Below, one piece after another: positions 32,801 through 40,496 of a stretch of DNA of 54,857 bases. Every line of letters begins with the position of its first letter. The first letter of the stretch is position 1. The notes under the pieces were generated by a model that ran no database searches, had not been told where the DNA came from, and worked only from the letters and a program-made list of their open reading frames with translations. Location of the stretch: IMG/VR virus record IMGVR_UViG_3300045988_021436, positions 1 to 54,857 of that record; one strand, written 5' to 3'. Source of the stretch: a virus. The position numbers were made by a program, and so were the translations under genes.

Positions 32801-32829
32801 TTGACAATTTAACACTACCGGAATATAAT
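32801..32829 (+). promoter_or_regulatory. Perfect consensus promoter (TTGACA-17-TATAAT) with no ORF downstream
   Basis: TTGACA at 32801-06 and TATAAT at 32824-29. Confidence 0.75.
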
Positions 32830-32835
32830 AGCGTC

Positions 32836-33207
32836 AAATAATCCCCTATGTGCTTGTTCCTTTCGATCGTGTACAATCACATACAGGATTTCATATCGGC
32901 GCACTAGGTCTATCTATTGGGCGTTTTTGTCGTGCTTATGATTACGCACGAAAGCACCCGGATAGACGGCTGCCGGATATGTGGCAGATCACACGACCGC
33001 ACAACGCTTTTCACTAAAAACTTCGTCAAAGAGTGCTTTATCTTCACACGAAAAATTCGATTCACTTTTTCAAGTGAAATCTGCAAAAATCGAGCAAAAA
33101 TTTCCAAAATTTTCAATCTCATATTTGGTGTAAAATTTTAAACACAGGGGGGGTTCAAATTCTGTCGGAATATTTTTCGTGGCGGCAAAATTTTTTATTT
33201 TTTTACG
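32836..33207 (+). ncRNA. Candidate non-coding transcript of about 370 nt from the orphan promoter
   Basis: There is no ORF with an SD. Stems include CTGCC/GGCAG (32963-32980) and TTCACTT/AAGTGAA around 33064-33085. The region ends in a long T-tract at 33191-33204. The 3' end is uncertain. Confidence 0.35.
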
Positions 33208-33335
33208 TTCATTGCTCCAAATATCAACGACTTAGCCGCATATTCGCTTTTGCTTAATTCTTCAACCAATTTCTCCCTTGTCATTTCTGGATTAGTCTTT
33301 TGTATATACAATAATATTTCATCTACTCTATCCAT
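33195..33335 (-). CDS. Small protein (46 aa)
   Basis: Its ATG overlaps the upstream stop (ATGGATAG). It is below the ORF-track cutoff. Confidence 0.35.
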   Translation of the reverse strand: MDRVDEILLYIQKTNPEMTREKLVEELSKSEYAAKSLIFGAMNVKK

Positions 33336-33654
33336 ATCTTTTCTCCATAACATTACTCATAATACTATCAGCAATATATATAATATCTCTGCCATATAGC
33401 GACATAAAATCTGCAATTATTTCTTCTGTCTGTATATCTATATTGCAGTTATTTTCAAAGCTATAAACGTGTACCAACTCATGGCACAACACCTTGTTTG
33501 TCATGTAATCAGACATACCGTAAGCAATTGTTACCGTCTTGGTGTTGTTGTCGGTAACACCTAGTGTATATACATTGTCACTGCGTCTTAATTCTTCACT
33601 ATTCGGGCTTGCAAACTGCAACGTCCACCGGTTGTTATTTACTGTAAATTTCAT
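33328..33654 (-). CDS. Small HExxH zinc-metallopeptidase-like protein
   Basis: The CHELVHVYSFEN motif in a 108-aa protein. Confidence 0.45.
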   Translation of the reverse strand: MKFTVNNNRWTLQFASPNSEELRRSDNVYTLGVTDNNTKTVTIAYGMSDYMTNKVLCHELVHVYSFENNCNIDIQTEEIIADFMSLYGRDIIYIADSIMSNVMEKRYG

Positions 33655-33703
33655 GGGACCACCTCAAAACAGGCTATGAGTATTGCACCCATAGCCCTTA
33701 ATT

Positions 33704-34342
33704 TTACTGAATTTTTTGCATCAAAATCTGCATTTTTGTTCTTAAAAGGTTCTTCTCTTCGTCAGACATATCCGATACCATTTCAACTACATCTTCCGTA
33801 AGAGACTTTGCATACCTTTCCAACTCCTGCATTTTAGCTTTCTTATCTTCCGGTGTATTACCTCTGTGCATTTCCTTTGTCTCTGTGTATGTTCTCTTTG
33901 CACGATCATATCCACTCTCATTCATGTTGGTTTCCGTGTAATACATTCTGCTATGCGTATCTCTATCCATGTCACGGTACATTTCCGGTGTCATGTGATA
34001 ATATGGCGGTTCTTCGTATCCTCTTCGGTATGATCCATGCCCTTTTGGTGCAAATCTTCCACTTGCATATCTGTAGTGATCATAGTATCTTCTTCCGGCA
34101 TCTTCTCCGTACTCTTCTTTCAGTTCACGAAGCAAAATCTTTTCGTACTCTTCTTCCTCTTCATCAGCTTTTTTCATAGCCTTTACGATTACCGCTTTAT
34201 ACTCTGCTTCGTTAAGGTCTTTAATCATATCTACCACTTGTCCCATTTCGCAAGTGTCAACATTTTCTGTGCCTTTTTCAAGTTCACATAATGCTTTTTC
34301 GGTTAGACATTCAATCATTTTGTGCATTCTTTCAATGTGCAT
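33704..34342 (-). CDS. Hypothetical acidic, Tyr/Arg-rich protein (212 aa)
   Basis: ORF with low-complexity segments EEEEEYEK and RRYYDHYRYASGRF...YRRGYEEPPYYH. Confidence 0.5.
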   Translation of the reverse strand: MHIERMHKMIECLTEKALCELEKGTENVDTCEMGQVVDMIKDLNEAEYKAVIVKAMKKADEEEEEYEKILLRELKEEYGEDAGRRYYDHYRYASGRFAPKGHGSYRRGYEEPPYYHMTPEMYRDMDRDTHSRMYYTETNMNESGYDRAKRTYTETKEMHRGNTPEDKKAKMQELERYAKSLTEDVVEMVSDMSDEEKNLLRTKMQILMQKIQ

Positions 34343-34353
34343 AACATCACCCC

Positions 34354-34776
34354 CTACGCTTCACGAACCGCAATCAAGTTAGCATTTTGCACTTCAATAG
34401 CTTGCGTAGAAGTATTCTGTACCGCTACTGTACTGCAACATCCGCAAGGTACATCAATGTATGCCTGTGCTGATACGTTAAAGAAATTTTCTACTGCTGC
34501 CGGTGTAACAATCATTCTTGTTGACTGCAAAGGCTCACCATCTACCGCAAGCGCAAGTGAGATAGCTTCAACCGTACCGCCTGTTGGTATCTGAATATTT
34601 CCACTAAACGATACAAGAAATCTTGCTCTGCACTGGTTTGTAATACCTCTTAACTTGACAATTCCACTTCCCTGTCTATGAACAATACATTTGCTACCGC
34701 CCACCGGTGTTTCTGTTAATGCAACATCTTCTCCGGCTGCAACTGTTTGTAATGTAATTCCTGTAAATTCTGCCAT
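34354..34776 (-). CDS. TNF/C1q-like jelly-roll protein resembling BclA-C-terminal-type spore-surface domains (weak call)
   Basis: The beta-strand periodicity of GIVKLRG...ARFLVSFSGNIQIPTGG...ISLALAVDGEPL...YIDVPCGCCSTVAVQNTS..IEVQNANLIAVR supports the fold. The start was chosen at the ATG after gagaggt. Confidence 0.35.
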   Translation of the reverse strand: MAEFTGITLQTVAAGEDVALTETPVGGSKCIVHRQGSGIVKLRGITNQCRARFLVSFSGNIQIPTGGTVEAISLALAVDGEPLQSTRMIVTPAAVENFFNVSAQAYIDVPCGCCSTVAVQNTSTQAIEVQNANLIAVREA

Positions 34777-34905
34777 TTTATTTACCTCTCTTTCAAAAAA
34801 TAAGGGCAAACATATTTCAGTCTGCCCTTTTGCTTACAAGTAATACCGCTTTTGCAGACATAATCGAGTTAAACTCAATTAAGATACTCAATTATTCTGT
34901 TGTAA

Positions 34906-35661
34906 TTAGCATCCGCAACTCTGGTTGCATCCGCATCCATAAGCGTATGCATTTGGATTTGGAACAACATATGCCGGGATTGCTGGTGGGTTTACAGCAT
35001 TGATAATCTGGCTTGTCTGCGCTGTCATTGCAGTAGTCAAAAGTGCGTTCTGTCTATCCTGTGATGCAGCGTGTCTAAGATCGTTGTTCTCTGCCTGTAA
35101 TGTTGCAATCTTATCCTGGCACAAATAATCTAAGATACTACGTGTGCTATCCGCAATTGCCTGTCTTGTCTGGCAAGCCTGTGTAGCCATATTGTAGTTA
35201 GTGTCGGCAAATCCTCTTTCGATCTGTCTCTGTGTTTCACAGCAACATGAAGCGTTCTGTGCCGCCATGTTGGTAAGCGTTGACTGAATGGCATTTGTGT
35301 TCTGCATTCCACTTACTGTATCAGCGTTGATTGCCTGCTGAATACCAAAGCCGGTTTGCAGAATATTTGTGTTGATACCATTCATCTGTGCTAACTGATC
35401 GTAGCCGAGACTGCAAATACCATTGTTGATACCATCAAGCTTTGAAACAACCGCCTGATTATCAAAACCTCTCTGAATTGCCGCATCGGTATAACCATTT
35501 CCGGCACCGTTACCGCCCCAGCCATTACCGCCGAAGCCTCCCCATCCGAAAATCAAGAGAATGACAATCCACCAAGCACCATCGCCCCACATGCCATCGT
35601 TGTTTCTGTTGTTGCCCGTTACTGCCGCAATATCGGCAAGGCTTACTCCGTTGTTAAACAT
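34906..35661 (-). CDS. Membrane-anchored Gly-rich / Gln-Asn-rich protein with a Cys-rich C-terminus
   Basis: WWIVILLIFGWGGFGGNGWGGNGAGNG, an internal CCC, and a C-terminal YGCGCNQSCGC. Confidence 0.5.
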   Translation of the reverse strand: MFNNGVSLADIAAVTGNNRNNDGMWGDGAWWIVILLIFGWGGFGGNGWGGNGAGNGYTDAAIQRGFDNQAVVSKLDGINNGICSLGYDQLAQMNGINTNILQTGFGIQQAINADTVSGMQNTNAIQSTLTNMAAQNASCCCETQRQIERGFADTNYNMATQACQTRQAIADSTRSILDYLCQDKIATLQAENNDLRHAASQDRQNALLTTAMTAQTSQIINAVNPPAIPAYVVPNPNAYAYGCGCNQSCGC

Positions 35662-35743
35662 ATTAGTTTACCTCCATTTGTTTATTTACAAATAGGGAAC
35701 CGTGGTTTTTGTTGTCCGGACAAAACCCTAATATGTACTAGAT

Positions 35744-35971
35744 TTATCTAAACATTTGCTTTATTTCGCTCATGCTTAAACCATTTTCGCCCATAAAATT
35801 ATTAAGTGTCTGCTCTACGCCTGCCATGTTTCCAGACTGGATATTCTGCAAAATTCCGTTTGCCATTTGATTTCCTTGTCTTGCTGCATTCTGTAATACT
35901 TGCATAGCTGCCTGTTGCGGATTTCTGATTGATTTTAACTGATTGATTGCTTGTATCATCTGCTGATTCAT
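35744..35971 (-). CDS. Small Gln/Asn-rich protein (75 aa)
   Basis: ORF. Its stop overlaps the upstream stop/start region. Confidence 0.45.
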   Translation of the reverse strand: MNQQMIQAINQLKSIRNPQQAAMQVLQNAARQGNQMANGILQNIQSGNMAGVEQTLNNFMGENGLSMSEIKQMFR

Positions 35972-36498
35972 TATGCTTCACCTCCGCTTGCATCATCTTC
36001 AACCAACTTTTGGCTAGTTTTAGATTTAGTCGAAGATTTAGTTAAGGATTTAGTCAAAGATTTTTCATCAATTTTCTTCTCCAATTCGTCTATCTTTGAA
36101 AACAAGGTATCAAAGTGTTTCTCAAATACATCTGTAACGTTCTCTGATAGGTCAATTTTCAATTTTTCTGTTTCTGACGATAACTTGTTAGGGTTATCTG
36201 CTAAAACAGGCTTAAAAACGCTTGTAGAGATTTTCCCGTCCGTTCCCCATTGTTTAGCATAAATTTCCGACAAGTCACTTTTAGGGAAGAATGCAACTGC
36301 ACCATTCATAGGTACATCACTAGGAATTATATTTTCTGCGTCCTGTACCACTTTACCAAACAACCCGGATTGCATTTGAAACTCCTGTTGAGGTTGATAC
36401 CTCTGCTGCATATTTCCTATTTGGTTGTATTGATATGCCGGATATTGCGGCATATAACTATTCATCTGTTGCTGATAAGGATTGTTGTTTATATTCAT
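35971..36498 (-). CDS. Protein with a Q/N/Y-rich N-terminus and a KSLTKS-repeat tail
   Basis: MNINNNPYQQQMNSYMPQYPAYQYNQIGNMQQRYQPQQ.... The ATG follows ggagg. The ORF track starts at an upstream TTG. Confidence 0.5.
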   Translation of the reverse strand: MNINNNPYQQQMNSYMPQYPAYQYNQIGNMQQRYQPQQEFQMQSGLFGKVVQDAENIIPSDVPMNGAVAFFPKSDLSEIYAKQWGTDGKISTSVFKPVLADNPNKLSSETEKLKIDLSENVTDVFEKHFDTLFSKIDELEKKIDEKSLTKSLTKSSTKSKTSQKLVEDDASGGEA

Positions 36499-36616
36499 CT
36501 TCGTATTCCTCCATTGATCTTTCAATTGCGTGTACTACCCTTGATTGTGTTTCACAATCCAATTCTTGTAATTCTGGCTTTGCAAAAATAATTGATAACA
36601 ATTCATCCGAAAACAC
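36458..36616 (-). CDS. Possible small leader ORF (52 aa, GTG start)
   Basis: A GTG 7 nt after aaggagg. The ORF overlaps the next gene by about 40 nt. Confidence 0.3.
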   Translation of the reverse strand: MFSDELLSIIFAKPELQELDCETQSRVVHAIERSMEEYEDEYKQQSLSATDE

Positions 36617-36649
36617 GGTAACACCTCCTTATGCCTTAAATTTTGGCAT

Positions 36650-36671
36650 AAAAAAAGACGGTGTAACCGCC
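36650..36671 (-). terminator. Intrinsic terminator T2 downstream of int/attP
   Basis: Minus-sense GGCGG-UUACA-CCGUC followed by seven U. Confidence 0.6.
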
Positions 36672-36702
36672 ACAAAACCGACATTTTACCGCCATTTCTG
36701 AA

Positions 36703-36738
36703 CAAAAAAATAACACCTCAAATTTCTTAGGGTGTTAC
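36703..36738 (-). terminator. Intrinsic terminator T1 downstream of int/attP
   Basis: Minus-sense UAACACC, a 13-nt loop, and GGUGUUA, followed by seven U. The stem is built from the arm-repeat word. Confidence 0.6.
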
Positions 36739-36951
36739 CTTAGGTGTTACCTCCACTCAAAACTAAAGATTATAAGCACCATTCAAATTGCTCCTTTCTT
36801 TAGTAAATCCAAGTGTTTTATAGTATTCAGTTAAAAACTAAAAGTAGTAGCGGAAGGGAGATTCGAACTCCGTACAAAACCCCGTTTTCCCCTTTAAAAT
36901 CAAGGCTTTCAGCAATCAACAAGGTGTTACTTCGTGTTGCTTTTGTGTTAC
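36711..36951. repeat. GGTGTTAC-type repeats flanking the att core (candidate integrase arm-type sites)
   Basis: GGTGTTAC at 36731-38, 36743-50 and 36923-30. Variants GTGTTGC at 36934-40 and GTGTTAC at 36945-51. An inverted TAACACC at 36711-17. Confidence 0.6.
36846..36872 (-). other. attP core candidate: copy of a tRNA 3' end (T loop plus 3' acceptor strand)
   Basis: Minus-sense GGAGTTCGAATCTCCCTTCCGCTACT. There is no matching 5' half, so this is not a tRNA gene. It lies 80 bp downstream of the integrase stop. Confidence 0.55.
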
Positions 36952-36953
36952 TT

Positions 36954-38186
36954 TTATGCCATTAACGCTTCGTTGATAGCTTTCGCTATTTCTTTGTCTG
37001 ACTTATTCAGCTTGTAATAATATCTTCTTGTTGTTTCTATGTCTGAATGCCCCATCTGGTCTATGATAACACTGTCCGGCACCTTTGCATCTATTAGCTT
37101 TGTTCCATATGTCGTTCTTGCCTTGTGCATTGATCTGTATTCAATACCCACATTGTCGCATATGACATATAGTTTTCTGCTAAACGCTTGCGCCTTTACT
37201 CTCTTTCCGTTTTTGCAAAACACCCATTCCCCAAACGGATTCATTGATCGAATTTTTTTAATTATCCGTATTGCTTCATCCGTCAGAACAACTTCCCTGT
37301 ACCCGGCATCCGTTTTTGGTAATTCTTGTCTCTCAAAAACATATCTTCCGTCTTCGCCACGGTATCTAACCTCTGTACCAGAAACAGAAATATATTTTGG
37401 GTAAACATCTTGCCATCTTAATGCTGCTATTTCTCCGGCTCTCAAACCGGTTTGAAATGCTAATGCAATCCCAAGTCCAATTATTGTTGGGTTTTCCATG
37501 ATAAAACTTTCCACCATTTTTTCTTCGTTTGAGAAAAATACTTTTTGATGCGGGTTTATCATTACCCTCTTAAATGACCGGTTGGATATGTCTAAGTCTC
37601 CCATGAAATTTGTTATGCTTAAATCTGTGTAACCATGTTTTTTCGCATACTTCCAAATTCCGTTTATTAAAATCCGCATATCTCCGTATGCCTTGCTTGT
37701 CAATTCCAAATCAGCAATCGTGACTTTTATAAATTCTTCCAGTGTATCTTCACCAATGTATTTGATTTTCTTATCCGCAATCGGAATTGATTTGTTTTCA
37801 AAAAACCTCTTGAAATTTGTGTGGTATTTATCATTTGTCTGTGGTGTTATCTCTTTCAGCCTTAATTTGTTTTCAATCCACATTCGGAAAACATCTGAAA
37901 CATAAGGTTCTTCTTCAACAGACTTATAATAATCCACTATTGCACTATTCAACTCCTCTTTTGCATTTCTCCTTATCAACCTCTTTCCTCTTTTGGCTTT
38001 CTGGTCTGGGATGTATGTATAATACTTTCCGTCTTTGCCTTGCCAAATCTTGTGTTCGTGTTGTTCTAAAAATTTTTTTCTTTCGCTCATTTCGATATTT
38101 TTTTGAATGGTGCTACGGTCAATAATACCATTTTCAATTGCATATTTCAACAGGTCACTGTCTGATATTTCTTCCACCAACATCAC
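36954..38186 (-). CDS. int: Tyrosine recombinase / phage integrase (410 aa)
   Basis: ...GLRAGEIAALRWQDV..., ...HKARTTYGTKL..., ...MGHSDIETTRRYY match the catalytic R...H-x-x-R...Y boxes. The N-terminus is SAM-like. Confidence 0.9.
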   Translation of the reverse strand: MMLVEEISDSDLLKYAIENGIIDRSTIQKNIEMSERKKFLEQHEHKIWQGKDGKYYTYIPDQKAKRGKRLIRRNAKEELNSAIVDYYKSVEEEPYVSDVFRMWIENKLRLKEITPQTNDKYHTNFKRFFENKSIPIADKKIKYIGEDTLEEFIKVTIADLELTSKAYGDMRILINGIWKYAKKHGYTDLSITNFMGDLDISNRSFKRVMINPHQKVFFSNEEKMVESFIMENPTIIGLGIALAFQTGLRAGEIAALRWQDVYPKYISVSGTEVRYRGEDGRYVFERQELPKTDAGYREVVLTDEAIRIIKKIRSMNPFGEWVFCKNGKRVKAQAFSRKLYVICDNVGIEYRSMHKARTTYGTKLIDAKVPDSVIIDQMGHSDIETTRRYYYKLNKSDKEIAKAINEALMA

Positions 38187-38382
38187 CCCCTGTCTTTTTC
38201 TTAATTTCTCTTACTCTTCTTTCCACCGTCCGTAAGGATAAGCACATCTTCATGCTGATTTCCTTTTGGGAATAACCACGGAAGAGAAATCTAAATATCT
38301 GTTCCTCTTCCGCAGTAAAATTGGCGTTCTCTAGCATCTTTTCAAGTTCCGGCTTTGTGAGTTTTGAATAATTCACTCCCAT
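38155..38382 (-). CDS. Sigma-70 region-4 / LuxR-type HTH protein (75 aa)
   Basis: EEEQIFRFLFRGYSQKEISMKMCLSLRTVERRVREIKKK. The gene overlaps the int start by 32 nt. Confidence 0.55.
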   Translation of the reverse strand: MGVNYSKLTKPELEKMLENANFTAEEEQIFRFLFRGYSQKEISMKMCLSLRTVERRVREIKKKTGGDVGGRNIRQ

Positions 38383-38395
38383 AGCCGTTTCTCCT

Positions 38396-39043
38396 TTACT
38401 TCTCCCTAATCATTTCTTGATATTCTATATATCTTCTGCTTTCTCTCTTTTTGACTTCTTCTCTCGCCTTTTTGCTTGATTCTGAATCTACAACCTTTAA
38501 AATTTTTCCGTAACACTCTTCGCATACGTTGTAATCTTTGTACGTTTCTTTTCCGCAATTGGAACACAACCCGTTTTCCAACCAGATAATGTGCAAACTT
38601 TTATCCGTTCCTCTTTTCCTCAACGAATATGACTTCATGTATTCTCTTCTCTTTTTCTTGCAAACATCACACGTTGCACAACCAACATCTGCCTTTCTTT
38701 TTCTGCAACTTGTACAAATACCGTTTTCCCTATCTTTCTTTCTGTTTCTTTTTCTGCTTTCGTAATCTGATTTTAACTTTAAATCCATGTTTCTCTGTAC
38801 GTACTTGTCGTTTATCGCTCTACATTCCGGGCAATTTTTTTCATCTCCGATCAGCTTATTCTTTCCGCATCTCGGACACAATCCAAGCATTCTTCTAAAT
38901 TCTCTCGTTTCCTGTGCTTCTTTTGTGTTTTTCTCTTTGCAAGCTTCACATGTTGTTTTTCCTTTTCTCTCTGGTTCAATCTCTTTTCCACAATCTGTAC
39001 ATAGCCCGTTGGCTTTTCGGTAATAATACGTTTTTTTGCTCAT
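38396..39043 (-). CDS. Multi-zinc-ribbon protein (at least 8 CxxC pairs)
   Basis: Repeated C-x2-C...C-x2-C units throughout the 215 aa. Confidence 0.5.
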   Translation of the reverse strand: MSKKTYYYRKANGLCTDCGKEIEPERKGKTTCEACKEKNTKEAQETREFRRMLGLCPRCGKNKLIGDEKNCPECRAINDKYVQRNMDLKLKSDYESRKRNRKKDRENGICTSCRKRKADVGCATCDVCKKKRREYMKSYSLRKRGTDKSLHIIWLENGLCSNCGKETYKDYNVCEECYGKILKVVDSESSKKAREEVKKRESRRYIEYQEMIREK

Positions 39044-39101
39044 TTTCAGGAGGCAACTATAGTTTTATTGTCCGGACAAACCTCTTCACCTCCAATCTTT
39101 T

Positions 39102-39299
39102 TTATTTTATTCTACCTCTTGTCATTCTTTTTCTTGATTCGTTGATCTGTTTTACAATCATTTGGCACTCTTCGGCTCTTGCTGCTCTCTCGTCCCTTAT
39201 TTTCTGTTGCTTATTGTTGTAGTCGATATAATCAGCGCATTCAGAATGGCATCCCAAACATCTTTTATAGCAGTCCTTACATGGTGCTTGTGGTTTCAT
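39102..39299 (-). CDS. Small Cys-rich protein
   Basis: CKDCYKRCLGCHSEC. Confidence 0.4.
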   Translation of the reverse strand: MKPQAPCKDCYKRCLGCHSECADYIDYNNKQQKIRDERAARAEECQMIVKQINESRKRMTRGRIK

Positions 39300-39681
39300 C
39301 CTTTACACCCCGTTTCTTCAACTCTTCGTTCACATCTATCCCTGCCATATCTTTCAACAGGTCTGACAGTTCCTCTTTGCTTACTGTTCCATCCTGTACC
39401 GCTTCATAAAGGCTCATTACATCATTGATAAACTTTGGTGCTCTTTTCTTTGCTGACTTCGACCAATAATCATTAACCAACACATTAAGTGGAATCGCAA
39501 GCATATACAGAAATGCGTTATCTGTTGCGCTATTTTCCATTTTCTCTGCTTGCTTTTTAGCACATTCTCTAATCATGCACATATCAATTGCCGACAATCC
39601 GGCTTTCTTACCTCTCAAATTCTGTTTTCTAATCTTGTTCAAGTCCTGGCACTCCTTTCTATCTTCCGGATCCAATATCAT
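39277..39681 (-). CDS. Hypothetical protein
   Basis: ORF in operon context. Confidence 0.45.
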   Translation of the reverse strand: MILDPEDRKECQDLNKIRKQNLRGKKAGLSAIDMCMIRECAKKQAEKMENSATDNAFLYMLAIPLNVLVNDYWSKSAKKRAPKFINDVMSLYEAVQDGTVSKEELSDLLKDMAGIDVNEELKKRGVKDETTSTM

Positions 39682-39868
39682 CCATCAATTCTTCGTAACA
39701 ATCCATGCAGTAATCTTTTCCTCCGACACATTGAAACTCTGTTTTATCTTTCGAAGTGTAACCACACTCGTCACATTCCCAAATGTAATAATTTCTGTTT
39801 CTGCCACAATTCATACATGTTTCACGTCCAACACAATCATTTTCTCTGTAACTAGCCATTGTTTTCAC
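39659..39868 (-). CDS. Small Zn-ribbon protein
   Basis: CMNCG...CDECG...CMDC. Confidence 0.4.
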   Translation of the reverse strand: MKTMASYRENDCVGRETCMNCGRNRNYYIWECDECGYTSKDKTEFQCVGGKDYCMDCYEELMDDIGSGR

Positions 39869-40496
39869 CGCCTAGCACTAACTTCTTCCGGCACTCATCA
39901 ATTGCATTTGATATTTCATTGAAATCCTTTGTCTTCTGCTCTATCACATTTGGCAATTCTGCAATTGGTTCTTTCTTCTCGATCTGCACAGTTGGAATGC
40001 TGCTAATCAATTTCTTAACATCTTCCGGCATCTTTGTGTATTCTTCATCCCTCTTAACTGCCGTTCTGTAACTCCGCAAAAAATTTGATTGGATAACCGT
40101 TGACACCTCGTTGCTATCACTCATAGCCCACCGTTTAATCATGTCAGCACTACCGACCGCTTTCTGAACTATTGGTGGAAGTTTTTCAAATTCTTCTACC
40201 GAACCATAGTTGCCATTCCCGATTGCTTTTCTCACTAACGACCACGCTTCCATTTCTCCTAACTGCTCTTGCACTGTGCATTTCTGAATAAGTGATATAA
40301 TCTGACCAATACTGCAAGCAAATCCGCTAGTGTCTGTTGCTATGTACGTTCGCAATGCAGTTTCAACAATTTTGTAGTCATAATCCTTTAGCATGATGTA
40401 CCATGTATTTACCGCCACTGATTTGTCCGGTATTTTGTAATTTGGGAATGCTGCCTGTATCATCATCAACAATTGCTTTGTTTCATCTCTTGTCAT
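39852..40496 (-). CDS. G39P-like replicative helicase loader
   Basis: MTRDETKQLLMMIQAAFPNYKIPDKSVAVNTWYIMLKDYDYKIVETALRTYI matches the N-terminal domain pattern of SPP1 G39P. The start is at TAATG, overlapping the upstream stop. Confidence 0.55.
   Translation of the reverse strand: MTRDETKQLLMMIQAAFPNYKIPDKSVAVNTWYIMLKDYDYKIVETALRTYIATDTSGFACSIGQIISLIQKCTVQEQLGEMEAWSLVRKAIGNGNYGSVEEFEKLPPIVQKAVGSADMIKRWAMSDSNEVSTVIQSNFLRSYRTAVKRDEEYTKMPEDVKKLISSIPTVQIEKKEPIAELPNVIEQKTKDFNEISNAIDECRKKLVLGGENNG

Noticed and set aside
32910-33141. The 74-aa (+) and 70-aa (-) ORFs downstream of the orphan promoter.
   Set aside because: Neither has a Shine-Dalgarno. The plus-strand ORF starts at a non-ATG codon. 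They mirror each other on opposite strands, and their composition is Arg/Ile/Phe-rich and low in complexity.
36846-36920. A full tRNA gene downstream of the integrase.
   Set aside because: Only the T loop and 3' acceptor strand are present. The upstream 50 nt cannot form D or anticodon arms or the complementary 5' acceptor strand. It is interpreted as the attP core instead.
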